64,000 nucleotides of DNA from an uncultured Acidobacteriota bacterium (GTDB taxonomy: Bacteria; Acidobacteriota; Thermoanaerobaculia; Multivoradales; UBA5704), in assembly GCA_963770895.1 (NCBI GenBank), contig CAVYRF010000001.1, forward strand, positions 1,952,001-2,016,000, given 5' to 3'. The notes below the pieces were generated by a model, which was not told where the DNA came from, made no database searches, and was given only the letters and a program-made list of their open reading frames with translations. Position numbers and translations under genes: made by a program. Numbering within the stretch: the first letter of the stretch is position 1; each line of letters opens with the position of its first letter. Shown piece after piece: positions 50,713-61,600 of the stretch.

Positions 50713-52500
50713 TCAAACAGGCCCGCCTCGATCGGCCTGCAGCGTCGCCGGCGGCACCCGTGATGGGCGGTGGTTACTGAGAGATCTCAGGATCGCGTCC
50801 AGCACCATGTCCAGCTCCTTGCCGACATCTTCGGCGAGGAATCGGAGCACCAGATAGCCGCGCTCCTGGAGCAGCTGATCCTTGCGCCTGTCCCGTCGGT
50901 AGGCGATCGGGTCTGCGAGATGCTGGGCGCCGTCCAGTTCCACTGCCACCCGCGCATCGGCGCAGAGCAGGTCGACCTCCATGCTCGCCATGCCGTTGAA
51001 CGGGATCAGTAATGTCGCGTTGACGCCGAAGCGGTCCTTCGTTTCCGGGAGTGTCTCCAACCGTCTGAATAGAAAGGCCTCCGTGGCGCTCCGCGCGCGG
51101 TTGGCACCGATGGCGTCAGAAGGCACGGCTCTCGCGACGTGGATGAACAGGCTGGCGAGTGGTGCATCGATACCGTCACGAACGAGCCGTCGTACGCTGC
51201 CCGAGTAGTCTCGCTTCCACGCGGGGTCTGACGGCAGGACAACGTCCGCGGGCCAGCCCGGGATCGCGCTTGCGGGGAGGATCACGGTGTAGCCGACGGT
51301 CTCGTACCCGCGGCAGCGACGGTCGAACATCCGCGCGAGCATCGATACGTTGAGGTCGGCGTAGTCGTAGATACGTACTTCGCGCTTGCCGTCGTATAGC
51401 CGATGCAGTCGGCCCGCGTATTGAGCGACGGTGCCACGCCACGAGACCGGCAACGTAAGGAACAGCGTATCGAGTCGAGGATCATCGAACCCTTCGCCGA
51501 CGTAGCGGCCGGTAGCAAGGATGACGCGGGGTTCGTCTCGCGGGATGTTGGCCAGTCGTTCGGCGATGGCATTGCGCTCCTTCTTTCCCAGTTTGGCCCG
51601 CAGCACCAGCAGGTGTTGAATCCGGTCGATGAGCCCGCGTTCGAGTCGGTCCAGGTGGTCATTGCGCTCGGTCAGAACCAGAGGCGAACGTCCATTGCGA
51701 ACCGACTCCAGTACGTCGTCGCAGATCCGTCGATTGCGCGGCTCGTCTTCTACCAGCGCTCGGTAGAGAGCCTGGAACTCACGGCGCCTATCGGGATCGG
51801 GCGGTCGGGTGGACTGGAATGACGTCGGCTGCACGAGGGCGTAGTGCTCGAAAGGACGGGCTGCTGCCTGTGACCGGGCACTCACGCGATGCCGGATTGG
51901 ACCACACTGCATAACTAGAAAGGTGGCAAGCCGCTCGATCCACTGATGGAGCAACTGCCGTCGATGGACGAGGACGAGCGTGTTCACGCCGCGCTCAGCA
52001 ATGAGCCACGCGGCGACGACGGTCTTGCCGAAGGCCGTGGTGGCGGCCAGTACGCCGGTGTCGTGCTTCAGAATGGCTCTGCGGCAACCTTCTGCTCAGG
52101 ACGCAACTCGCCGTGGAAGGCGACATCGAGGGGACGACCGATCGAGCGTTCGTCCCGAATGGTCATGCGAACGCGCAGCGCGTGGAGCGTCTGCTGGATG
52201 TCCTCGAGGCAGCCGCGCGGCAGGGCGACGTGGTGAGGGTGGTCCTCGGCGCAGGCGATCACCCGCGGCTTGTCATAAGTGGATAGCCGCATTGCCTGGG
52301 CCTTGTAGAACTCTGGATTCTGAAATGCTGCTAGGCGAAGCAGCCGGTTCCTCAGACCGGGATGAAGTGCGTCCTTGGGGACGTAGATCTGATTGCCCAA
52401 GACCACGGGTACACGTCGTCTCGACCTCGGAAGAGGGATTGGAAGAGGGCGATCTTGATCTCGGATCGCGACGTCCGGTCGACTGAGCTCGCGATCAGAC
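50713..52500 (-). pseudogene. Decayed primase-like/SF2 helicase/DUF559 endonuclease fusion gene
   Basis: KIALFQSLFRGRDDVYP, LAAFQNPEFYKAQAMRLS, Walker A ATTAFGKT, GEGFDDPRLDTL, QYAGRLHR, VAVELDG..H; frameshift near 52075 and missing internal blocks. Confidence 0.8.
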
Positions 52501-52512
52501 TCACCGGGATGT

Positions 52513-52748
52513 CTAGCGGCGAGAGAGTGCCCATTCTTTCCACCTCAAACCTGGCACGCGCACGAAGTGGTAGAGCTCCTCGCGTGAAACGACGATGGCG
52601 GGATGCGGACCTGCCTTTGGGAAGTCGGCAAGGTAGATCTCACCGGGCTCCATCAAGACGCCCTCTTGGCGCTGTCCCCGGCGTTGGTAGGGCCGCCGTG
52701 CATCTCGTCGAGTGCCCGCTGCTGCTGCTCGGTCAAGCGAATTCGCAT
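52513..52748 (-). pseudogene. Remnant antitoxin (52653-52748) plus PemK/MazF toxin fragment (52513-52653)
   Basis: MRIRLTEQQQRALDE... joined by a TGATG overlap to MEPGEIYLADFPKAGPHPAIVVSREEL; both too short. Confidence 0.6.
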
Positions 52749-53024
52749 GGGCCATTATCGCTCAATCCAGGAGGTGTGGCGCATTGCGCGGGGCGACCGA
52801 AAGAGCGTGCGGCCCGCCGTTGGGCGATCAGAGTGACTCGTCGTCGAAGCGTCCACGCTCGCCTGTTGTCTCAGGTTGGCTCGCCATTTCCGGCAACCGG
52901 CCTCACTCGAGAAAAGCGTCCGGGGCGAGGCGGCGAGGTACGGCCGTGGGGAACGGTGATGGAGGTCTGGGCCGGACGGCAGTCAGCGAACATCAGCGGG
53001 CTCGGGCTGGGATAGCATCGTGGG

Positions 53025-54482
53025 ATGGCGCTTCTGGGGAGAGGTCCGGAGCGGCAGCCCGAGGGGGCGCCGCCGCGGTTGACGGCTGTGGCGCGGCGGC
53101 TCACGGTGGCGCCGCTGGTGGCGGCGACCTACTTCATGGTGGCGGGCGGCCCGTATGGGCTGGAGGAGCTGGTCGGTGGCGCGGGCTACGGCCTGGCGGT
53201 GGTCATCCTGCTGGTGACGCCGATCGTCTGGAGCCTGCCGGTGGCGCTGATGGTGGGGGAGCTGGCCGGCGCGATCCCCGAGGAGGGCGGCTTCTACGTC
53301 TGGGTGCGCCGCGGCCTGGGCCCCTTTGCCGGTTTCATGGAGGCGTGGCTGTCGCTGGCGGCGAGCGTCTTCGACATGGCGATCTACCCGACGCTCTTCG
53401 TGCTCTACCTGGCGCGGCTGTGGCCGGCGCTCGGCGCTGACGGCGCGACCAAGGCCCTGGGGGTCGGGATGATCGCGGTGTGCACGATCTGGAACTTGCG
53501 CGGCGCCAAGGCGGTGGGTGGTGGGTCTCTGATCATGACGGTGCTGCTGCTGGCGCCGTTTGCGGTGCTGTCCGTCCAGGCTCTGGTCACGCACATCGGC
53601 GGCGTCGTCGCGCCCGGCGGCGGCGCGGCTGCCGCCGCTGGGGCGGGCGCCGCTGCCGTGCCGGCCGGCGTGGCGCATGCGGCAGCGGGCGGCAGCGCGG
53701 CGCTGTTTGCGGGTCTGCTGGTGGCGATGTGGAACTACATGGGGTGGGACAACGCCTCGACGATCGCCGGCGAGGTGGAGCGTCCGCAGCGCACCTATCC
53801 GGTGGCGATGGTGGCGGCGGTGGCGCTGGTTGCGATCACCTACCTGGTGCCGGTCGCCGCGGTGAGCAGGACGGGACTCGACCCGCACGGCTGGCAGACC
53901 GGCGCCTGGGTCGACGCGGCGACGGCGATCGGCGGCCGCTGGCTGGGGGTTGCGGTGGTGGCGGGCGGCGTGCTGTCGGCCGTCGGCATGTTCAATGCCC
54001 TGGTGCTGTCGTATTCGCGGCTGCCGATGGTGCTGGCCCAGGACGGGTTCCTGCCGCGGCTGCTGGCGCGCCGCGACGGGCGGACGGGGGCGCCGGTCGC
54101 TGCCGTCGTGACCTGCGCCGCGGCCTACGGACTGGCCCTCGGCCTGGGATTCGTGCGCCTGGTGGAGCTGGACGTGATGCTTTACGGCCTCAGCCTGATC
54201 CTGGAGTTCGTCGCGCTGGTGGCGCTGCGGGTGCGCGAGCCGCGGCTGCCGCGCCCCTTCCGGGTGCCGGGCGGCCTGCCCGGCGCGATCGCGCTCGGCC
54301 TCCCGCCGACCGCCCTGATCGTCTTCGCGTTCTTCCACGGCGGCGACGAAGACCAGGCGGCCGGCGCCGTCAGCCCTGTCGCGCTGGGCGGCCTGCTGAT
54401 CCTGGCCGGCGTCGTCATATACGCCCTGACCGCCCGCCGGCGCAGAGCCCGCGCGCTGCCGCAGCCGCCAGCTGGCGGGTGA
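53025..54482 (+). CDS. APC-family amino acid/polyamine permease
   Basis: YFMVAGGPYGLEE, EEGGFYVWV, MWNYMGWDNASTIAGEV, LPRPFRVPGG; about 12 TM. Confidence 0.9.
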   Translation: MALLGRGPERQPEGAPPRLTAVARRLTVAPLVAATYFMVAGGPYGLEELVGGAGYGLAVVILLVTPIVWSLPVALMVGELAGAIPEEGGFYVWVRRGLGPFAGFMEAWLSLAASVFDMAIYPTLFVLYLARLWPALGADGATKALGVGMIAVCTIWNLRGAKAVGGGSLIMTVLLLAPFAVLSVQALVTHIGGVVAPGGGAAAAAGAGAAAVPAGVAHAAAGGSAALFAGLLVAMWNYMGWDNASTIAGEVERPQRTYPVAMVAAVALVAITYLVPVAAVSRTGLDPHGWQTGAWVDAATAIGGRWLGVAVVAGGVLSAVGMFNALVLSYSRLPMVLAQDGFLPRLLARRDGRTGAPVAAVVTCAAAYGLALGLGFVRLVELDVMLYGLSLILEFVALVALRVREPRLPRPFRVPGGLPGAIALGLPPTALIVFAFFHGGDEDQAAGAVSPVALGGLLILAGVVIYALTARRRRARALPQPPAGG

Positions 54483-54655
54483 GGCACAGCAAAAGACTTT
54501 CCAGCGGGTCGGGCGCAGGAAGAAACTGCCGCATCCTTGCCCTGCGCGTGCTCGGCTCGCCGCTCCCCGGCCTGGGCGACCAGCGCCCGCGCCTGGCGCG
54601 CGACCTATCTGACGCCGAGCCGTTTTCCGGCGGGAGCCGGACCCCGCGCGGCGGG

Positions 54656-55075
54656 TTACATCGGGGCCATGCCGCCGTTGACCATCCACGGCGTGCCGAA
54701 GCGATCGACCACCATGCCGAAGGCTTCGGCCCAGAAGGTCTTCTGCAGCGGCATGCCCACCTTGCCGCCGGCGCCCAGCGCTTCGAAGACCCGCTGGGCC
54801 TCTTCGGCGGTCGGGTAGGTGAGCGCCAGGCCGAAACCGTGCATGCCGTGGAAGGGCTGTCCGGGCATGGTGTCGGAGGCCATGACCACGCTGCCGTCCA
54901 GGGACAGGCGCGCGTGGATAATGCGGTCGGCGCTGCCGGGCGGCGCCTGGCCGGCCATGGGCGAGTCGGCGAAGGTCATCATGCCTTCGATCTTGGCGCC
55001 CAGGGTCTGTTCGTAGAACCGCAGCGCCTCGGCGCAGGTGCCGTCAAAATTGAGGTAGGGCTGGATGGCTGGCAT
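54656..55075 (-). CDS. VOC/PhnB-family protein
   Basis: PYLNFDGTCAEALRFY, IIHARL, MPLQKTFWAEAFGMVVDRFGTPWMVN. Confidence 0.9.
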   Translation of the reverse strand: MPAIQPYLNFDGTCAEALRFYEQTLGAKIEGMMTFADSPMAGQAPPGSADRIIHARLSLDGSVVMASDTMPGQPFHGMHGFGLALTYPTAEEAQRVFEALGAGGKVGMPLQKTFWAEAFGMVVDRFGTPWMVNGGMAPM

Positions 55076-55276
55076 CGTGGTGTTCCTCCTGGCGCGATCC
55101 TACCCCAAGTGGGTACCGCGCCGGGGCCAGACCTGCCGGCCGTAGCCGGCGCGGCGCACGGCCGGAGCCTGCGCCGCGCCGGGGTCTGGGCGGGATTAGA
55201 AAGATTTTTGCGCATCGCCGCCGCGCCGTCGCCGCCGGCCGGCGCGGTCGATGGCAGGTACCGCGAGCGGTCTGTC

Positions 55277-55432
55277 TTAATCCAGTCCGGGAGGGCAGTT
55301 GACCAGGGTGCAGCTGACGCACGCGCTGTGGGGGTTGGAGCCGGTCTCCGCGGCGGCGGCCGCCGACGTGACCGATGCCAGGGAGCGGATCGTTTCGCGG
55401 TGCAGGTTGAGCGTAGCAAGCTTTTTCTTCAC
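55277..55432 (-). CDS. 51-aa RiPP (lanthipeptide-like) precursor peptide
   Basis: AAGGAGGAG RBS, GTG start, MKKKLATLNLHRETIRSLASVTSAAAAAETGSNPHSACVSCTLVNCPPGLD. Confidence 0.8.
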   Translation of the reverse strand: MKKKLATLNLHRETIRSLASVTSAAAAAETGSNPHSACVSCTLVNCPPGLD

Positions 55433-55670
55433 GATGTCTCCTCCTTTGCCGCAACGTTACGTTAAAGAAAGACCGCTGTAAAGAACGCCGCCGCGGCAGC
55501 CCATCGCATGGAGCGATCGCGCCGATGTTGCGCCGCATTGCACTCGATAAATGACGTCTTGTTGCCGGAAAGCGACGCGTTTGACGACTGATCGCGTTGC
55601 TATATTTCAAACCGATCAAGTTTTTTCTGCGCTCCCGGATCACTCAAACGAAAGGGATATTTCGAACAAT

Positions 55671-58600
55671 ATGAGACCGATTTGTGCGCCAAATGCTGCG
55701 CTGCGGGATGCCGAGCTGCCGGCGGGCGTGCTGGCCGCCTGGTTGCGCGGCGCGGCGGCGCGGGCTCTGGGCATCCAGCCGGCAGATGTGCCGCTCGATC
55801 GGTCGCTGGTAGGCCTGGGCCTGGATTCGCTGGCGGCGGCGGAGCTGGCGGCGGCGATCGAAGCGGATCTGGCGGTGCCGGTCTCGATTGCGGACCTGCT
55901 GGAAGGACCCAGCGTCACCGAGCTGGCCGAGCGCATCGCGGTGCTGCAGGCTGCGGATTCGCCGGGCAGCGAGGCCGCCTCAAGCGGCGAGCCGGGGCAG
56001 GAGCCCAAGCCGGAGCCGAGCGGTGCGCTCGCGCAGGGCGGCGACGCGGCGCCGGATCGCCAGCCTCTCCGCCATGCGCTGACGCAGGGACAGCAGGCCC
56101 TCCTGGCTCTCGACCGCAGGTCCGCGGGCGGGGCCGCCTACATCATCAGCGCCGCGGCGCTGATCGAGGGCGACCTGTCGGTGGCGCGGCTGCGCGCAGC
56201 GCTGGCGGCGCTGATGGCGCGGCATCCCGCCTTGCGCGCCACCTTTCACGAGAGCGCCGGCGAAACCGAACAGGTGGTGCGGGACCAGGCGGCATTCGAG
56301 TGGGTGGAGGAGGCGGCGGAGGGCTGGAGCGACGCCCAGCTGCGTGCCTGGATGGCGGAACAGGCGCACCGGCCGTTTGACCTGGAGGCGGGGCCGGTGT
56401 TGCGGGTGGCGCTGCTGGGGTGCGGCGCGCGGCGGCACCGGTTGGTGTTCGCGGTGCACCACCTGGTGGCGGACTTCGGGTCGCTGGGGATCTTGCTCGC
56501 GGACCTGCGCGCGCACTACGGCGGGGCCGCGCTGCCGCCACCGGCGCCGGGCGCCTCGTACGCCCAAGTCGCACGGCGCGAGGCGGCCTGGGTCGCGGGA
56601 CCCGAAGGGCAAGTGCAGGCGGCATTCTGGCGTGGGCAGTTCGCCGGCGGGGTGCGGGCGCTCGACCTGCCGGCCGACCGGCCGCGCCCGCCGCTGCCCA
56701 GCTTTCGCGGCGGCGCCCGCGGGCTGCGGTTCGACGCGGAGGTAAGCCGGTCGCTTGCGGCGGTGGGCCGCGAGGTGGGGGCGACGCCGTTCATGACGCT
56801 GCTCGCGGTCTATGTGGCGCTGCTGCACCGGCTCAGCGGCACCGAGGACTTCTGGGTGGGGACCCCTGCCGCGGGGCGGCGGGACGCGGACCTGGACGGA
56901 GTCGTCGGCTACTTCGTCAACCCGGTCGCCGTGCATGCCAGGATCGGCGCCAGGCCGCGTTTCGAGGAGCTGCTGCGGCGCCAGCGCGCCGCGGCGCTGG
57001 CCGCCTTTGCCCACCAGCGGCTGCCCTTCGCGCTGGCGGCGGCGGAAGTTGCGGGAGGGCACGACCCCAGCCGGTCGCCCGTCTTCCAGACGATGTTCGT
57101 GCTGTACCGCGAGCGCGCCGGCGACCGGGGACTGGCCGCGCTGGCGATGGGCGAGGGCGATACGCCGCTCGACCTGGGCGGCGGCGTGGTGGTGCTGCGG
57201 CCGGCGCCGCTCGAGCGGCGAGCGGCGCAGCTGGACCTCACGTTGCAAATGGCCGAGATCGACGGCTGCTATGCGGCATCGCTCGTCTATAGCGACGATC
57301 TGTTCGACGCCGCGACCGCCGCGCGCATGCTGGGACAGCTGCGCAGCCTGGCGGAGGCGGTGGCCGCGCCGGGCGGCCGCACGGTGCGAGTGGCGGAGCT
57401 GCCGCTGCTGTCGGCGGCCGAATCGCACCAGCTCATGGTCGAGTGGCAGGGCCAGGCCGGCGCCGAGCCGGCCGGCGACGGTCTGTGCCTGCACCAGCTG
57501 TTCGAGCGGCGGGCGGCGCTGACGCCCGCCGCGGTGGCGCTGGTCTGCGAGGGCGCGGAGCTGACCTACGGCCAGCTGAGCCGCAGCGCCAACCGTCTGG
57601 CGCGGCACCTGCGCCGCTTCGGGGTGGGGCCCGAGGTGCGGGTCGCGCTCTGCCTGGAGCGCGGTATCGACCTGGTCGTGGCGCTGCTCGCGGTGCTCAA
57701 GGCGGGCGGTGCCTACGTGCCGCTCGATCCTGGCTACCCTCGCGAGCGCCTGCGCTTCGTCGCCGCCGATGCCCTGGCGGACGTCGAACATCCGGTCCTG
57801 ATCACCCGGCGACAGCTTGCCGGCCTGTTCGCCCCCGCCGCCCCCGCCCCCGACGCTGCCGCACCCGGCGCTGCCGCACCCGGCGCCGCCGCACTCGATG
57901 CCGCTGCGTTCGACGCCGCGGCCCGGCGACCCTTCCGCCTGCTGCTGGTGGATGGAGACCGCCAGGCGATCGCCGCCGAAAGTGCCCAGGACCTGGCGGC
58001 CGGCGCGGCACCCGCGGCTTTGGCCTACGTGATCTACACCTCGGGCTCGACGGGCCGGCCCAAGGGGGTGATGGTCAGCCATGCCAACGTGACTCGCCTG
58101 CTGCGCCAGACCGAGCGGTGGTACGGCTTCGGCGCACGGGACGTCTGGCCGCTCTGCCATTCGGCGGCGTTCGACGTTTCGGTGTGGGAGATCTGGGGCG
58201 CCCTGCTCTACGGCGGCCGCCTGGTGATCGTGCCGTATTGGGCCAGCCGCGCTCCCAACGCCCTGCATCGCCTGCTGGTGGAGCAGCGGGTGACGGTGCT
58301 CAACCAGACGCCGTCGGCATTCCGCCAGCTGATCGAAGCCGATGCCGCGGCGGACGCGGCGGCGCGGCGCGACCTGGCGCTGCGCTGGGTGATCTTTGCC
58401 GGCGAGGCGATCGACCTGGCCTCGCTGCGGCCGTGGGTGGAGCGCCACGGCGAGGCGGCGCCGCGCCTGGCGAACATGTACGGCATCACCGAGACGACGG
58501 TCCATTCCACCTGGCGGGCGCTGACGGCGGCCGATCTGGACGATCCGGGGCGCAGTCCGATCGGCGTCGGCATCGCCGATCTGAGCCTCTACCTGCTGGA

Positions 58601-61600
58601 CGCCGCGGCCCAACCGGTGCCGCTCGGCGTGCCCGGCGAGATCCACGTCGGGGGCGCGGGCGTGGCGCGCGGCTACCTGGCCCGCCCCGACCTGACCGCC
58701 GCGCGCTTCGTCCCCGACGCCTGGGCCGGCGCACCGGGCGGCGGGCGCCTCTACCGGTCGGGCGACCTGGCTCGCTGGCGGCCGGGGGGCGACCTTGAAT
58801 ACCTGGGCCGGATGGATCACCAGGTCAAGATCCGCGGCTTCCGCGTCGAGCTGGGCGAGATCGAAGCCGCGCTGGCGGTGCAGCCGGGAGTGCGCGCCGC
58901 GGCGGTGACCCTGTGGTCGCCGCGCTCGGCCGGCCCCGCCGCCTCCGGCGTGAGCGGCGGCGCCGTCGCGGCCGGCGAAGACGCCCGCCTGGTGGCCTAC
59001 GTGGTGATGGGCGAGGAGCGCGCCACCCAGGCCGACGGCGGCAGCGCTGCCAGGACGGCGACGGCGGTGTTGCCGCCCACGCCGGCGGGCCAGCTGCGGC
59101 AGGCCCTGGCTTCGCGCCTGCCGGAGCACATGGTGCCGGCCAGCTTCGTCTTCCTGGAGGCGTTCCCGGTGACGCCGAGCGGCAAGCTGGACCGCCGGGC
59201 GCTGCCGCCGCCGGCGTCGGACGGACGGATGGATGCGGCGGGCTGGGTGGCGCCGCGCACTGCCGCCGAAGAGCTGGTGGCGGACCTGTTCGCGGCGGTG
59301 CTGGCGGTCGGCCGGGTGGGCGCGCAGGACAGCTTCTTCGCCTTGGGCGGCCACTCCCTGCTGGCGACGCGCCTGGTGACGCGGGTGCGCGCGGTGTTCG
59401 GGGTGGATCTGGTGTTGCGCCAGGTCTTCGAGCACCCCACCGTGGCGGAGCTGGCGCGCCTGCTGACCGGCATGGCCCGCCTGGATCATCCGCGGGCGCC
59501 GCCGCTGCTGCCCGCGGCTCGCTCCGAATCGGCGCCGGGCGCGCCGGCGGTGGCCGGCCCGATCCCGCTGTCCTACGCGCAGGAACGGTTGTGGTTCCTG
59601 GACCGCCTGGTGCCGCGCGGGGCGGTGTACAACCTGCCGGGGGCGTTGCGCCTGCGCGGCCCGCTGGACGTGCCCGCCCTGGCCGCCAGTCTGCGCGCCA
59701 TCGTGCGGCGGCACCAGGTGCTGCGCACGGTGTACCCGGCGGCGGCGGGGAATGCGCCGCGGCAGCAGGTGCTGGCCGATTTCACCCTGCCGATACCGCT
59801 GGTGGACCTGGCGGGCCTGGGCCTGGGAGGCGCCGACGACGGCAGCGATGCCCACGGGATGGGCGACGCGATCGGCGCTGCCGGCGCATCGGGCGGTACC
59901 GGCGACGGAGTGCCGGCCGCGCACCGCGTGCGCCAGGCCGCCGCCTGGCAGGTGGCTGTCTCCCTGGCGCGCGAGCCGTTCGACCTGGCGTGCGGGCCGC
60001 TGGTGCGCGTCCACCTGCTGCGCCTGGGCGCCGCGCATCACCTGCTGATCCTGACGCTGCATCACATCGTGGCGGACGGCTGGTCGGTCGGCATCTTCCT
60101 GCGCGAGTTGGCGGCGCTGTATGCAGCCTGCGTGGCGCCCGCGCGCCCGGCTTTGCCGGCGCTCGCGCCGCTGCCCATCGCCTACGCCGACTTTGCGCGC
60201 TGGCAGCGCGCCTGGATGGAGGGCGAGCGGCTGGCGGCGGAGCTGGCGCACTGGCGGCGGGTCCTGGCCGGGGCGCCGCCGCGCACCGAGCTGCCGGCGG
60301 ACCGCCCGCGCCCGCCCGCGCCCAGCTATCGCGGCGGGCGCACGCACGTGCTGCTGCCGCCGGCGGCGCTGCGCGACCTGCGCGGCGTCGCGCGGCAGCA
60401 GGGTGCGACGCTCTTCATGGCGCTGCTGGCGGCGTTCGACGCCCTGATCGCCCGCCATGGCGGCCGCGAAGACCTGGTGGTGGGGACGCCGGTCGCCAAC
60501 CGCGAGCGCATCGAGACCGAGGGCTTGATCGGCTGCTTCGTCAACTCGCTGCCGCTGCGGGTCTCGCTCGCCGGCCGGCCGCACGCGGGCGAGCTGGTTG
60601 CCCGCGTGCGCCAGGCCAGCCTGGATGCGTTCGCGCACCAGGACCTGCCGTTCGAAAAGCTGGTCGAGTCGCTGTCGCCGGAGCGCGACCTGACGGCGCC
60701 GCCGGTGTTCCAGCTGATGCTGGTGGTGCAGAACGCCGGCGACCCGCACGACCCGCACGGTGGAGACGGCGGCCTGCGGCTGGAGCTGTGCGCGATCGAC
60801 ACCGCCACCGCCAAGTTCGACCTGCTGGTCGAAGCGGTGGAGGCGGCGGATGGCTTGCGCCTGGGCTTCGAGTTCAGCCGCGACCTGTTCGACGCGGTGA
60901 CCGTCAAGCGCTTCGCGGCGCACTTTGTCACCCTCGCCGCGGCGCTCGGCGGCGAGCCGCCGCTGCCGATCGGCGAGCTGCCGCTGCTGACCGCCGGCGA
61001 GCGTCAGCAGCTGCGCGAGTGGAACGACACTGCCGCCGCCCCTCCGCGCCATCTCTGTCTGCACCAGCTGATCGAGCAGCAGGCCCGCCGCACGCCGGCG
61101 GCGGTCGCGGTGGTGGATGGGGAGGGCGGCAGCCTGACCTATGCGGCGCTCGACGCCGCCGCCAACCGCCTGGCGCGCCGCCTGCGGCACCTGGGCGCCG
61201 GCGCGGAGACGGTGGTCGCCGTCTGCGCCGAGCGATCGGTCGCCCTGGTGGTCGGGCTGCTCGCCATCCTCAAGGCGGGCGCCGCCTACCTGCCGCTCGA
61301 TCCCGACTACCCGGCCGAACGCCTGCGCTTCATGCGCCAGGACGCGGGCGCCCCGCTGCTGCTCACCGAGCGCCGGGTCGCGGCGCGCCTGGGCGAGCCG
61401 CTGCCGCCGCCGGCGGCGGCGTCGGCGTCGGCGTCGGCGGGCACGGTGTGGCTGGACGACCTGGATAGCGACAGCGAACCGTGGGCGCCAGGCAAGGACC
61501 AGGCGGGACGGCCCGACGGCGGCCTGGGCGCGACCGCCGCCGCGGACAACCTGGCGTACGTGATCTATACGTCGGGTTCGACCGGCCGGCCCAAGGGCAC

